Source of the DNA: Candidatus Multivorans sp.
Lineage (GTDB): Bacteria; Acidobacteriota; Thermoanaerobaculia; Multivoradales; Multivoraceae
DNA: 64,000 nucleotides
Assembly (NCBI GenBank): GCA_965247095.1
Contig: OZ251997.1
Coordinates: forward strand, 1,664,001 to 1,728,000
Reading direction: 5' to 3'
Shown here: piece after piece, positions 1-12,098 of the stretch
Position numbering within the stretch: the first letter of the stretch is position 1
Layout: every line of letters begins with the position of its first letter
The notes under the pieces: generated by a model
Seen by the model: the letters and a program-made list of their open reading frames with translations, nothing else
Told to the model about the DNA's origin: nothing
The model's database searches: none
Translations under genes and position numbers: made by a program

Positions 1-246
1 GCGGGCTTCCAGGTCGCGGGCATTGGCGGCCGCGGTGCCGTCCGCCATGCCGCGCGCTTCCTCCTCGGTCAGAGACAGCCGGTCGCCGAATCGGGGGTCG
101 CGCTCGAGCGGCGTGAGAAACGAGACATCGTAGTTGCCGGAAAAGTCCGGCCTGCCGCTCGGGGTGCGCGGAATCTCCTCGGCAATGAGGCACGGCGCGA
201 AGAGCAGGCTCATCGCCGCACACAGGGAGAGGGCTCGGATCCTCAT
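1..246 (-). CDS. Secreted hypothetical protein of the 'PRTPxGxPDLxGxW' family (5' part; runs off the window)
   Basis: Manual translation MRIRALSLCAAMSLLFAPCLIAEEIPRTPSGRPDFSGNYDVSFLTPLERDP; signal peptide; GGAGG upstream; same motif as 13984..15075. Confidence 0.8.
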   Translation of the reverse strand, partial: MRIRALSLCAAMSLLFAPCLIAEEIPRTPSGRPDFSGNYDVSFLTPLERDPRFGDRLSLTEEEARGMADGTAAANARDLEAR

Positions 247-337
247 TCTCGACCTCCGGTACGCGCTGTGAGTGGACTCGTTGAGCCTAGCAGTACGTGC
301 CCGACGATCTCGACGCTCTTGGAGTATGACGGCGTGC

Positions 338-2104
338 TTAACGCAGCGCGAACACGAACAGCGTGTTGTTGGAACTCGGACGGAGCTCCGCCGTCAACCT
401 TCGGAAGGTCGAGGTCGTGCCGCCCTCGGCGCCGGTGCCAACCGCCACGTACTGCCGGCCGTCGACCGCGTAGCTGACCGGAAAACCGGTCACCGAGGAG
501 CCGAGGTTGATCTCCCACAGCACCTCGCCGGTTTCCTGGTCCAGAGCCCAGAAGCGGCCGCCTGTGTCGCCGCCGAACACGAGACCGCCACCGGTCGCGA
601 CGAGCGACATCGTCACCGCCCGCCGCTCGTGGCGCCAGCGCGTCTCACCGGTCTCGGCGGAGATCGCGTAGACCGTGCCGAGCAGTTCTTTTCCAGGCGC
701 CGGCTGGGTCTCGTTCACCAGCGCGTAGTGCATGGCTCCACGACCCACGCGTGTCGTCATCTGGGAGCACAAGTTCCGGAGCGGGTAGTACATCGTGTTC
801 GTCAACGGACTGTACGACCCGGCCTCCCAGTCCTTGCCGCCGAGGAGCGACGGACAGATCAGCCGCTGCTGCTCCAGTTCGGTGAACACGACTTCGGGGT
901 TCTCGACTACTACGCCAGTCGCGCCGTCGATCCGCTCGATCACGTTCTGGGGAACAGTCGGCCGCGCCCACAGGAACTCGCCGGTCTCGCGGTCGAGCGT
1001 ATAGACCAGACCGGTCTTGCCCGGAACCCCGGTCACGACCTTCCGGACCTCGCCCGCTTGAAGCCGGGGGTTCCGCCACGGGACGGCATCGGCATCGGGC
1101 GCCACCGCGGTATCGACCAGCAGCCGCTCGAAGGGATGGTCCAGGTCCCAGTGGTCGTTCAGGTGCTGGTAGTACCAGCGGACCGCGCCGGTGTCGACCT
1201 CAAGCGCCAACGTGGTGTTGTGGTACAGGTGCCTCTTCTCGTGGCCGCCGAGCAGGAACTTGGGCGCCGGCGAGGTGACCGACGTGCCCAGGATGACCAG
1301 TTCCAGGGCCGGGTCGTAGCTCGGCGCCATCCAGGAGCCGACGTGGGCCCGGTCCTCGAACGGCAAGTCGCCCCATGTCTCGTTGCCGGGCTCGCCCGGC
1401 CGTGGGATCAGCGGCCGGCGCCAGAGTTCTTCGCCGGTCGTCGCGTCATGGGCCGCGATGAAGCAGGCCTCGGGACCCCGGTTCGGCCGGCAGCTCCGAC
1501 CCGAGATCACGCGACCGGCGGCGACGAGCGGTCCGGTCGAGTGCCTGGCCGGGTCGACCTCGTAGTCGACGATCTGGGTCTCCCATGCGAGTTCGCCGGT
1601 GACCGCGTCGAGCGCGTAAACGTAGCCGTCGTTCGCCGTGTCGATGATCAATCCCCCGTAGATCGCCAGACTCCGGTTGACCGTCTCCAGACCGCCGACG
1701 TAGGTCGCGATGTCCTTCGGGATCGGGCGCCGGTACTCCCACAGGAGGTCACCGGTCGCCGCGTCGATCGCCTGGGTGACGCTGCTCGGATTCGGGAAGT
1801 ACATGACGCCGTCGTAGACCAGCGGCGTCCCCTGCTGACTGCCCGGCTGCAGACCGCGGGACCAGGCCATGGTCAGGTCGCCGACGTTCTCCCGGTCGAT
1901 CTGGTCGAGCGGGCTGTAGCCCCAGCCGTTCTGGGTGCGGCGCCAGTGCAACCAGTCGCCTGCCTCCGGTTCCTCCAGCATCGCGTCGGTGACGGGAACG
2001 AAGGCGCCCTCCGACTGGGCGCCGGCCGAGGGCGCCACGAGGGACACGAGCGCCGTCGCCGCGGCAATCCGCAGGGGCAATCGAAGGAAACGCTCTCGAC
2101 TCAT
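338..2104 (-). CDS. Secreted PQQ-binding beta-propeller dehydrogenase family protein
   Basis: Signal peptide; YSPLDQID, TPLVYDGVMY, repeated A.DAxTGxxxW motifs, SYDP, WDLD; no vicinal CC. Confidence 0.88.
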   Translation of the reverse strand: MSRERFLRLPLRIAAATALVSLVAPSAGAQSEGAFVPVTDAMLEEPEAGDWLHWRRTQNGWGYSPLDQIDRENVGDLTMAWSRGLQPGSQQGTPLVYDGVMYFPNPSSVTQAIDAATGDLLWEYRRPIPKDIATYVGGLETVNRSLAIYGGLIIDTANDGYVYALDAVTGELAWETQIVDYEVDPARHSTGPLVAAGRVISGRSCRPNRGPEACFIAAHDATTGEELWRRPLIPRPGEPGNETWGDLPFEDRAHVGSWMAPSYDPALELVILGTSVTSPAPKFLLGGHEKRHLYHNTTLALEVDTGAVRWYYQHLNDHWDLDHPFERLLVDTAVAPDADAVPWRNPRLQAGEVRKVVTGVPGKTGLVYTLDRETGEFLWARPTVPQNVIERIDGATGVVVENPEVVFTELEQQRLICPSLLGGKDWEAGSYSPLTNTMYYPLRNLCSQMTTRVGRGAMHYALVNETQPAPGKELLGTVYAISAETGETRWRHERRAVTMSLVATGGGLVFGGDTGGRFWALDQETGEVLWEINLGSSVTGFPVSYAVDGRQYVAVGTGAEGGTTSTFRRLTAELRPSSNNTLFVFALR

Positions 2105-2212
2105 ACTCGGACTCCCCGGCCAGGACCTCTTGTAGCTAGCGAGCGGCGAGCGTAGCGCAGGAGAAACGGCTCACGCCGCCCGCAGCGCCCGGTAGACGGC
2201 TATCCTCGCCCG

Positions 2213-3463
2213 ATGCCAACGACGGACAACGGCCGGATCGTGATCACCGGCCTCGGCGCGGTGACGCCGGTTGGCAACGACGTCGAGACCTTCTGGCGAC
2301 GGATGAAGGCCGGCGACTCGGGCGCCGGGCCGATCACCTCGTTCGACACCGAGGCCTTCAAGGTGAAGATCGCCTGCGAGGTACGGGACTTCGACCCCAC
2401 CGAGTGGCTGGCCGGCAAAGCGGCCCGCCGGCTGGCGCGCTCGACCCACTTCGCGGTGGCATCGGCCAAGCAGGCCCTCCTGGACGCCGATCTGGAGATC
2501 GACCCCGCCGCAGCTCACCGCTACGGGATCACGTTCAACACCGGCGGCGGCGGCGTGGCGAGCATGGAGAGCGGCACCCGGCAACTCGTCGAGCGGGGGC
2601 CGCGCAAGGCGAACCCGTTCCTGGTCACCGACGTGATGCCGAACGCCGTCTCGTGCCTGATCTCGATCGAACTCGGCGTCACCGGCCCCACCACCACCTC
2701 GACGCTGGCCTGCGCCAGCGGCAACTACGCCCTGCTCGAGGCCTACAGGCTGCTGCGTTCAGGCGAAGTCGACGCGGTCATCGCCGGCGGCACGGAAGCC
2801 GCCATCACCCCGTTGATCGTCGCCACGTTCTCCCGCCTGCAGGCCCTCTCCACCCGCAACGACGACCCGCGGGCTGCAAGCCGTCCCTTCGACAAAGACC
2901 GCGACGGCTTCGTCTTCGGCGAGGGCGCCGCCGCGTTCGTGGTCGAGACCGAACGGCACGCGGAGCAGCGGGGCGCCCGCGCCTACGCCGAGGTCAGGGG
3001 CGGCGCGGTCACCGCTGACGCGCACCACCTGACCGCGCCGCGTCCCGACGGCGCGGGCGCTGCCGCCGCAATGACCCGTGCCCTGCAGTCGAGCGCGGTC
3101 GACCCCGGCGAGGTCGATACCGTGTTCGCCCACGGCACGGCGACCCCCCTGGGCGATGTCGCCGAGACGCTGGCAATCAAGGCGGCGCTCGGCGACCGTG
3201 CTCGGGATGTCGCGGTGACCGCCACCAAGTCCCAGGTCGGCCACATGCTGGGGGCGGCCGGCGCGGTATCGGCCCTGGCCGCGGTCAAGACGATCGAGGA
3301 AGGCACGATCCCGCCGACGATCAACCTGGAGCGGCCGGACCCGGACTGCGACCTGGACTATGTTCCGAACCGGGCCCGCGCCCACCCCACCGACATCGCA
3401 CTCGTCAACGCCTTCGGCTTCGGCGGCCAGAATGTGGTCGTCGTGCTGGCCGACGCCGGCTGA
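2213..3463 (+). CDS. fabF: 3-oxoacyl-ACP synthase II
   Basis: VITGLGAVTPVG, ACASG catalytic Cys, AHGTAT, KSQVGH, NAFGFGG. Confidence 0.92.
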   Translation: MPTTDNGRIVITGLGAVTPVGNDVETFWRRMKAGDSGAGPITSFDTEAFKVKIACEVRDFDPTEWLAGKAARRLARSTHFAVASAKQALLDADLEIDPAAAHRYGITFNTGGGGVASMESGTRQLVERGPRKANPFLVTDVMPNAVSCLISIELGVTGPTTTSTLACASGNYALLEAYRLLRSGEVDAVIAGGTEAAITPLIVATFSRLQALSTRNDDPRAASRPFDKDRDGFVFGEGAAAFVVETERHAEQRGARAYAEVRGGAVTADAHHLTAPRPDGAGAAAAMTRALQSSAVDPGEVDTVFAHGTATPLGDVAETLAIKAALGDRARDVAVTATKSQVGHMLGAAGAVSALAAVKTIEEGTIPPTINLERPDPDCDLDYVPNRARAHPTDIALVNAFGFGGQNVVVVLADAG

Positions 3464-3481
3464 GGCCACTACGCCCACAAA

Positions 3482-4132
3482 CTAGTCGCGGCTCTGGACT
3501 CTCTCCCGAATCGCGTCAAGCACCTGCCGAAGCATGCGGGGCGCCGCGTAGTCCACAATCCGAGCAGAGAGCATGCCGCCCGGGTCGCTGAGCACCCGAT
3601 ACACAAGGACGGTGCGCTCCGGGGCGAGCGGAATCAGGGTCCAAGAACCGGTGCTGGTCCGGACGTTGCCGGAGCCTTCAACGTAGGTCCAGCGAGCTCG
3701 CCAGCCGGTACCCGAGCTGGTGGCGAAGGTCTCGGTCTCGACCCGTAGCGTGTACCGCCGGTCCTGCACCGGGAACGGCATGTCGAGGACCTGCCGGTTC
3801 AGGTAGACGCCCGGCGAGACCGGCTCGACATCGGACTCGCGCATCCGTGGCATGAACTCGTCGAACTCCCCCGCCGCGTCGACCACGTCGCGCACTGCCG
3901 CCAGGGGCTCTTCGATGAGGCCGAAGCCGCAGCCTTCCCGGATCCGGCGGCCGGCAGCACGGCTTGACACGCTCCACTGCCCGACAGGGGGCAGATCCTG
4001 CGCCAACTCAAGCTCGCCGCCCTGCGTGATCCCGCCGTCGGCAACGAGATCGGGGCTACAGAGATCTAGCGCCGGCGCCGGCGCGACGGCTAGCGCCAGG
4101 CTGACCGCAACCGCGCCGGCCGCTCTTCCCAT
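3482..4132 (-). CDS. Secreted SRPBCC/START (polyketide cyclase-like) lipid-binding protein
   Basis: Signal-like N-terminus; EFMPRMRES, PFPVQDRRY, GSWTL, DPGG motifs. Confidence 0.7.
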   Translation of the reverse strand: MGRAAGAVAVSLALAVAPAPALDLCSPDLVADGGITQGGELELAQDLPPVGQWSVSSRAAGRRIREGCGFGLIEEPLAAVRDVVDAAGEFDEFMPRMRESDVEPVSPGVYLNRQVLDMPFPVQDRRYTLRVETETFATSSGTGWRARWTYVEGSGNVRTSTGSWTLIPLAPERTVLVYRVLSDPGGMLSARIVDYAAPRMLRQVLDAIRERVQSRD

Positions 4133-4229
4133 GCCGTCGGACTCTACTGCGGAGGAACTCACCTTCTTCCTCGGGTCGTCACACAGCGTCATACGGCACT
4201 ACGATCGATCGTGGTACCGTTGTACGCTC

Positions 4230-4436
4230 ATGACCGAAGTGACCCTCTCACCCAAGTACCAAGTCGTCATCCCACTTGCGATCCGCACCGCCCTGGGGCT
4301 GAAACCGGGTCAGAAGATCCGGGCGATTCGCCTGGGAGAAACCATCGAGCTGATCCCGGTCAAGCCGATGTCCGAGTACGAGGGGTTTCTCCCGGGCATC
4401 GACACGGAAGTTGAGCGCGATCCAGATCGCCTGTGA
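4230..4436 (+). CDS. AbrB/MazE-family antitoxin (VapB)
   Basis: MTEVTLSPKYQVVIPLAIRTALGLKPGQ AbrB signature; overlaps the PIN gene. Confidence 0.88.
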   Translation: MTEVTLSPKYQVVIPLAIRTALGLKPGQKIRAIRLGETIELIPVKPMSEYEGFLPGIDTEVERDPDRL

Positions 4437-4861
4437 CTTCTCGCAGCGCTCCGCCCACTCCGACACCACCGCGCGCCCGATCGACCGCCAGCAACGTCGT
4501 CGATTCGTCGGCGTGGCTCGAGTTCTTCAAGAAGTCCGAGCGGGCCGCCCTCTACAGGGAGGCCATCCTGGACACGGAACGGCTTCTCGTGCCGGTGATC
4601 TGCATGTACGAAGTCTTCAAGGCCCTGTCCCGCCAGCGGTCCGAGACCGCCGCGCTACAGGCGGTGGAGGCGATGCACCAGGGAAGGGTCATCGAACTGT
4701 CCGCCGAACTCGCGCTCCGTGCGGCGCAGTTGTCCCTCGAATTCTCGCTGCCGATGGCCGACGCCTCGATCCTTGCGACCACGTACTCGCTGCAAGCGGA
4801 ACTCTGGACCCAGGACTCGGACTTCGAGGGGTTGCGGGACGTTCGCTACTTCCCCAAGTAG
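4433..4861 (+). CDS. PIN-domain toxin (VapC)
   Basis: VVDSSAWLE, YEV, MADASI, WTQDSDF acidic PIN residues. Confidence 0.88.
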   Translation: MTSRSAPPTPTPPRARSTASNVVDSSAWLEFFKKSERAALYREAILDTERLLVPVICMYEVFKALSRQRSETAALQAVEAMHQGRVIELSAELALRAAQLSLEFSLPMADASILATTYSLQAELWTQDSDFEGLRDVRYFPK

Positions 4862-4880
4862 CCGGCAACGGCGGTCGCCC

Positions 4881-6236
4881 TCAAGATGCCCGGCGGGACG
4901 CCCGCAACCGCTCGAAGTAGTCGAACGCCGCCCGCTTCACCTTCGGCGCCAGCAGCAGGGTCGCGATCAGGTTCGGCACCGCCATCAACGCGAGGGCCGT
5001 GTCGATCAGGTTGATCACCATGCTGGCGCTCCACCAAGCGCCGAGGAAGATGCCCCCGAGGTAGAACCAGGTGTACAGCCCGTCGTGCTTCGCGCCGAAC
5101 AGGTAGGCGAAGCAGCGCTTGCCGTAGTACGAGTAGCTCACCATCGTCGAGATCGCGAACATCATCACGATCAGTACGAGCAACGCGCGGCCCGTGGTAC
5201 CGAGGGCGCTCTGGACCGCGTCCGCGGTCAGCGAAACGCCGGTGATCTCACCGACGGTCTCCAGGCCGCTGGACAGGATGACGAAGGCGGTCAGGCTGCA
5301 CACGACGATCGTGTCGATGAACGGCCCCAGCATGGCGACCAGGCCCTCGCGCACCGGTTCGTTCGTCTTCGCCGCGCCGTGCGCGATCGGTGCAGTGCCG
5401 AGCCCGGCTTCGTTCGAGAACGCCGCGCGGCGGACGCCGATCATCATGGCCTGCTGGAAGCCGATCCCCATCGCGCCGCCGGCCACGGCGGTGCCGGTGA
5501 AGGCCTCGCGGAAGATGCGGGCGAACACCTCGACGGCCACGTCCGAACGCACGAACAGGACGCAGAGGGCCATGCCCAGGTACAGCAGGCACATCGCGGG
5601 CACGAAGCGAGCCGTCACCGCGCCGATCCGCTCGACGCCGCCGAACGCGACCAGCGCCACCAGGGCCACGCAGCCCACGCCGGCAAGGATCGGATCGAGT
5701 CCGAACTGGGAATTCAGCAGCTCCGCCACCTGGTTGCTCTGGAACATCGGCAGGCAACCGAACAGGCCGAAGGAGCAGAACATGATCGCCAGCGGCCGGA
5801 ACTTCTTTCCCAGGCCAAGTTCGATCGTGTACATCGGACCGCCCTGGAGCGTGCCCCGTTCGTCCCGGCCACGGTAGATCTGCGACAGGGTGCAGGAACA
5901 GAACTTGGTCCCCATGCCGACGACCGCCGCCACCCACATCCAGAACACGGCGCCGGCGCCGCCCTGGGTCACGGCGATCGCCACGCCGCCGATGTTGCCG
6001 ACGCCGATGGTCGCCGCCAGCGCCGTGGACAGGGCCTGGAAGTGGCTGATGTGTCCCGGATCGTCGTCGGAGTCGTACTTCCCGAGGGTGACGGCCGTGG
6101 CGTGCCCCATGTGGAAAAGAGGCCGCAGGCGCAGATAGAGGCAGAAGAAGGCCCCCGAACCGATCAGCAGGACGACCAGGGGCATGCCCCAGGCGTACCC
6201 GACGACGACCTGCAGGAAGTTGTCTAGCGCCTGCAA
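4881..6236 (-). CDS. Alanine/glycine:cation symporter (AGCS family)
   Basis: SHFQAL, TIGVGNIGGVA, GGPMY, FSNEAGLGTAPIAH, PFIDT. Confidence 0.92.
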   Translation of the reverse strand: MQALDNFLQVVVGYAWGMPLVVLLIGSGAFFCLYLRLRPLFHMGHATAVTLGKYDSDDDPGHISHFQALSTALAATIGVGNIGGVAIAVTQGGAGAVFWMWVAAVVGMGTKFCSCTLSQIYRGRDERGTLQGGPMYTIELGLGKKFRPLAIMFCSFGLFGCLPMFQSNQVAELLNSQFGLDPILAGVGCVALVALVAFGGVERIGAVTARFVPAMCLLYLGMALCVLFVRSDVAVEVFARIFREAFTGTAVAGGAMGIGFQQAMMIGVRRAAFSNEAGLGTAPIAHGAAKTNEPVREGLVAMLGPFIDTIVVCSLTAFVILSSGLETVGEITGVSLTADAVQSALGTTGRALLVLIVMMFAISTMVSYSYYGKRCFAYLFGAKHDGLYTWFYLGGIFLGAWWSASMVINLIDTALALMAVPNLIATLLLAPKVKRAAFDYFERLRASRRAS

Positions 6237-6293
6237 ACGATCACGTCCTGCTCACCGCCAGGTGTCCGCCCCGGCACTCCGCTTCCGAACACT

Positions 6294-7817
6294 TCACTCG
6301 ACGACGTCCAGACTCAGCGGATCCCTCGCCGGCAGCATGGTGACCCCGCCGCCGATCTTCTCCGCAATCTCCACCATCGTGGCCCGGCCGTCGCTGTCGC
6401 CCGGCTCGATCGCCTCCCAGTCGCCGACGATCAGCATGACGAGCTTGTCCGGCGAGAGGTACCGCTCCGCCACCCGCTGCACGTCCGCCGGCGTCACTGC
6501 CTCGACGTTCTGGCGGTACGTCCGCCAGTAGCTGTGAGGCCGGCCCAGGAACTCGTCCTGGGCGAACAGGGACGCCACCGCCAGCGCCGATTCGAAGTTG
6601 CTTGGGAAGGTTTCGATCGCGGACGCCTTCATGGTCGCCAACTCGTCTTCCGAGACCCGTTCCGTGCGAATCCGATCGATCTCCTCAAGCGCGATCTGGG
6701 CCGCGAAGGCCACTGTCTCGCTCTTTGACTGATACCCGATCAGGAAGTCCCCCGGCCAGTAGTCGCCGGCTCCGTAGACCGAGAACACGTTGTAGGCCAG
6801 CCCCTCATCGGAACGAATCCGCTTGATCAAGCGCGAAGTGAACCCGCCGCCGCCGAGGACCGCGTTCATCGTCTCCAAAGCGAACAGGTCGGGGTCGCTC
6901 CAATTCCGTAGTTGGAAGGTCCGATGACCAATGTAGACGCGACCTTGGGGCACGTCCTGCGTGGCAACGTAGACCCCCGGGCTCCGCGCTGCGTACTGAG
7001 GCGCCTGCGGCGGCCAAGGCGCCTGTTCACGGCCGTCCTCGGGCCAGCTGTCAAGTAGCGCCGATAGCGTGGCCGCCAACTCGTCGCTGTCGAAGTCGCC
7101 CGCAGCGGCCACGATCATCTGTTTCGGATGCACGTAGCGCCGGTGAAACCCGACCAGATCGTCACGCCCGATCGCATCGAGAGAGGCGCTCGTATCCAGG
7201 CGCGATTCGACGTGGTCCATTCCGTAGAGCAGCCACTGCCATTCCCTGAGCGCGACCTCGAACGGATCGTCGTTCCGCTGTTTCAGGCGCTCCAGCCGGT
7301 TCTCCTTGGCAAGATCGAGCCGTTCCACATCGAAAAGGGGTTCGCTCAACATGGAGAAGAACAGGTCGAGACACTCGTCGAGCACCGTCGACAGGCAGTT
7401 CATCGACATCCGGGCGCCGGTGCTCCCGATTGAGGACGAGAAGTTGCCGGCCACCGCTTCCACCGCCTCGTCGAAGGCCTTTGCTTCGAGTTCGCCGGCG
7501 CCGCCCGTTCGCATCAGGGTGCCGGTGAGGCCGGCCAGCCCCGTCTGCTCAGCCGGCGCCAGGTAGGCGCCGATGCGGAGGCGCACTGTGATGTCGACCA
7601 GCGGCAGCGCGTGATCTTCCACCAAGTAGGCGGGAACGCCGCCCGCGAGTTCGCGCCGGTAGGAGTCCGCGTCCGGAAGGTCGAAGTCGAGCGGGCCGTA
7701 GGTCAGGTCCCGGGGATGTCCGACGATCTCAGCAGAAGCCTGCGCGCCGGCGGAGGACACCCCGCCGAAGAAGACCCCCGCAAGAAGAACAGCACTCACG
7801 AAACGGCGGCCGATCAC
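6294..7817 (-). CDS. M16 peptidase family protein, non-catalytic partner
   Basis: EDHALPLV, LGGGGFTSRL..RIR..EGLAY; no HxxEH; signal peptide. Confidence 0.85.
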   Translation of the reverse strand: MIGRRFVSAVLLAGVFFGGVSSAGAQASAEIVGHPRDLTYGPLDFDLPDADSYRRELAGGVPAYLVEDHALPLVDITVRLRIGAYLAPAEQTGLAGLTGTLMRTGGAGELEAKAFDEAVEAVAGNFSSSIGSTGARMSMNCLSTVLDECLDLFFSMLSEPLFDVERLDLAKENRLERLKQRNDDPFEVALREWQWLLYGMDHVESRLDTSASLDAIGRDDLVGFHRRYVHPKQMIVAAAGDFDSDELAATLSALLDSWPEDGREQAPWPPQAPQYAARSPGVYVATQDVPQGRVYIGHRTFQLRNWSDPDLFALETMNAVLGGGGFTSRLIKRIRSDEGLAYNVFSVYGAGDYWPGDFLIGYQSKSETVAFAAQIALEEIDRIRTERVSEDELATMKASAIETFPSNFESALAVASLFAQDEFLGRPHSYWRTYRQNVEAVTPADVQRVAERYLSPDKLVMLIVGDWEAIEPGDSDGRATMVEIAEKIGGGVTMLPARDPLSLDVVE

Positions 7818-9649
7818 TGCTCACCCCCTTCTTCCGCGTCCTGCAACTCGGCCAGCCGTTCTTCGATCACGCCCACCATCCAATCCAGCGCCGGTCGCAT
7901 CTCTTCCGGCACCTGGCCGGCCTGGGCCTCCATCTGCTGAAGAGCCGCTTCGAGCTGCGCCGGGTCCTCGATCGCGGCGATTGCCTTCGCCTGGGAGATC
8001 AGAGCCGTCCGCATCTCCGGCGGCAAAGCCTCCAGTTCGGTCGGCGTCTCCGTGACTTCGGCGCCCTCCTTCCGGTAGTAGAGGCTGACCAGCCGGCTGG
8101 AGGGTTCGAAGTACTTCGCGGCCACCCGCTGCACGTCCTCCGCCGTGACCTGGTTCGTGCGCTCCGCCACCGTGTTGAAGTAGCGCCAGTCGCCCAGCGC
8201 GTCGCCGATCGCCAACTGGATCATCAGGAAGAACGGATCCCGGAGTTGCCGGTACGTATCCGCCGACACCCGGTTCTTGACCTTGGACAGCTCGTCCTCC
8301 GGCACCGGTTCGGCGATCAGTTCCGCCACGACCTGGTCCCAGGCCGCCAGGAGCTGCTCGGGCGTCGCCTCACCCTTCGTCTCGGCCTGCAGGTTGAAGA
8401 TGCCGGCATACTTCCTCGCCTCGTAGGAGGCGCTGGCGCGGGACGCGATCTCCTCGCCTTCGACGATCTCTTCGTACAGGCGTCCGGTGCGGCCATTGAG
8501 GACGGCCGCGATCACGTCGAGCGCGTACCCGTCGGCGTGTCCAAACGGCACCGCGTGGTACCGGAGCTGAAGTTGCGGCTGGCAGTCGCACTCGGCGGTG
8601 AGCCGTTTCTCGGCCAGTTGCTCGACCTCGAGCGTGACGACGTCCGGGACCTCATGCTCGCTCCGCTCCAGGCGGCCGAAGTAGCGTTCGGCCAGTTCCC
8701 GGACCTCGGCTGCATCGAAGTTGCCGACCAGCACCGCGGTCAGGTTGTTCGGGGCGTAGTAGGCGCCGAAGAACTCGTCGGCCTGGGCCTTGCTGATCAC
8801 TTCGAGGTCGGACGGCCACCCCACCACCGGCCAACTGTAGGGGTGGGACTGCCAGAACATGGCGTCCGCCTGCTCGTCGTAGCGGCCCGTCGGCGTCGAC
8901 TCGGTGCGCAGACGCCTCTCCTCGTAGACCACGTCGCGCTCGGAGTAGAACTCCCGGAACACCGGATTCAGCAGCCGGTCGGACTCGAGCCAGAACCAGA
9001 GTTCGAGCCTGTTCGCCGGCAACTGGTTGATGTAGACCGTGAAGTCCTCGCTGGTGAAGGCGTTCAGGCTCGTGCCGCCGCCGTCGGTGTAGACCTTGTC
9101 CAGCTCGTCCTTCACCATGAGCTCTCGCTGCTCCTCGACGAGTTCCTGGAACTCGGCACGCAGGGCGTTCAGGGTGTCGGTGCGGTGGGCCGGGTCGTAG
9201 GGGTCGTCGATCTCGCCCAGCCTGTAGCGGCGGCGCTGCTCGCGCAGTGCGGCGCGGATCTTCTCCTGGACCGCCTCCTGTTCCGCGATGATCTCGAGGT
9301 CCCGCTCGATGTCCTTGGTGCCGATCGTGTGCGTGCCCTTGAACATCATGTGCTCGAAGAAGTGGGCGAGGCCGGTGATTCCCGGCCGCTCGTTCGCCGA
9401 ACCGACATGGGCCGCCCAGGCGGCCGCCACCGTGGTCAGCTCCGGGCGCCGCACGAGCAGGAAGCGCATGCCGTTGTCGAGTTCGAACTCCTCGACCGGC
9501 ACCGCCGCCGCGGTCGCCGCGTCCTCCTGAGCGGACACACTCGAAGGCGAGAAGGCCAACGACGCCAGGGCGGCGACCAGCACCATGGCGAGTCCACGAA
9601 CGATGGATGCAGAGGGCAGACCTGCTCTGCTGCCGGGTGGTTTCCTCAC
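7814..9649 (-). CDS. M16 (pitrilysin-like) zinc peptidase, catalytic subunit
   Basis: HFFEHMMFKGT, NAFTSED, ERDVVYEERR; GTG start with GGAGG (exact start uncertain). Confidence 0.9.
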   Translation of the reverse strand: MRKPPGSRAGLPSASIVRGLAMVLVAALASLAFSPSSVSAQEDAATAAAVPVEEFELDNGMRFLLVRRPELTTVAAAWAAHVGSANERPGITGLAHFFEHMMFKGTHTIGTKDIERDLEIIAEQEAVQEKIRAALREQRRRYRLGEIDDPYDPAHRTDTLNALRAEFQELVEEQRELMVKDELDKVYTDGGGTSLNAFTSEDFTVYINQLPANRLELWFWLESDRLLNPVFREFYSERDVVYEERRLRTESTPTGRYDEQADAMFWQSHPYSWPVVGWPSDLEVISKAQADEFFGAYYAPNNLTAVLVGNFDAAEVRELAERYFGRLERSEHEVPDVVTLEVEQLAEKRLTAECDCQPQLQLRYHAVPFGHADGYALDVIAAVLNGRTGRLYEEIVEGEEIASRASASYEARKYAGIFNLQAETKGEATPEQLLAAWDQVVAELIAEPVPEDELSKVKNRVSADTYRQLRDPFFLMIQLAIGDALGDWRYFNTVAERTNQVTAEDVQRVAAKYFEPSSRLVSLYYRKEGAEVTETPTELEALPPEMRTALISQAKAIAAIEDPAQLEAALQQMEAQAGQVPEEMRPALDWMVGVIEERLAELQDAEEGGEQ

Positions 9650-9788
9650 AGACGGTCCTCCCTCTTCCTTCGTGACTTCCCGTAGACCCACGGGGCGTCC
9701 TTCCAACGTAGAGCCCAGCGACTCTACCGCTTCCACTCGATTCCTCCGCTCTCACCCGCCGGACTGTCAAACGAACTGTCAGAGACGG

Positions 9789-9818
9789 TTGACATTCGGC
9801 CGCCAACTGCTCTACTGT
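9789..9818 (+). promoter_or_regulatory. Sigma70-type promoter of groESL
   Basis: TTGACA (9789-9794), 18-nt spacer, TACTGT, immediately before the CIRCE. Confidence 0.7.
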
Positions 9819-9844
9819 TAGCACTCGTCCGGTTTGAGTGCTAA
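9818..9844 (+). promoter_or_regulatory. CIRCE element (HrcA operator)
   Basis: Perfect TTAGCACTC-N9-GAGTGCTAA upstream of groES. Confidence 0.97.
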
Positions 9845-9971
9845 CAGCACTCCTGCCGAATGGCCGGGAAACGGGACGGAAACGGCAGCCACGAACGCCA
9901 AGGGCGAGCGGGCCCCGGATGGTCCGAACGACTCCCATGTTGAACACCAAGCAAGAAGGAGGAAAGTACTG

Positions 9972-10259
9972 GTGAGTGTACGTCCGCTTCACGATCGGGT
10001 CCTCGTCAAAAGGCTCGAAGAGGAAGAGCAGGTTCGGGGGGGAATCATCATCCCGGACGCTGCCAAGGAGAAGCCGCAGGAGGCCGAAGTAGTTGCCGTC
10101 GGCCCCGGCAAGATGCAGGACAACGGCGAGCGCGCGGCGATGGACGTCAGCGTCGGCGACCGCGTTCTGATCGGCAAGTACTCGGGCAGCGACATCAAGA
10201 TCGACGACGAAGACATGGTCATCCTGCGCGAGGACGAGATCCTCGCGGTTGTGGGATAG
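9972..10259 (+). CDS. groES: Co-chaperonin GroES
   Basis: [24 protein letters not shown]; GTG start after AGGAGG. Confidence 0.97.
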   Translation: MSVRPLHDRVLVKRLEEEEQVRGGIIIPDAAKEKPQEAEVVAVGPGKMQDNGERAAMDVSVGDRVLIGKYSGSDIKIDDEDMVILREDEILAVVG

Positions 10260-11936
<1,677 letters not shown>

Positions 11937-12043
11937 GCGATCGACCTTCAAGGTCGGCGTGCCATCCCAGCGCCCGATGACGGGCGCTCGGACTGGTTCA
12001 CGGGTGGCGCGGCTCGCGCCACCCGGGTCCTACGGAACGAATC

Positions 12044-12077
12044 AAGGGCGGCCCTTCGGGGTCGCCCTTTTCGTTTT
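12044..12077 (+). terminator. Rho-independent terminator of groESL
   Basis: AAGGGCGGCCC-TTCG-GGGTCGCCCTT followed by TTCGTTTT. Confidence 0.85.
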
Positions 12078-12098
12078 GTCCGTGGTGGGCCGCGGAAC

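Noticed and set aside
2213-4132. Type II polyketide cluster (FabF plus cyclase-like gene)
   Set aside because: The genes are convergent, there is no ACP or chain-length factor nearby, and the PPTase is 35 kb away.
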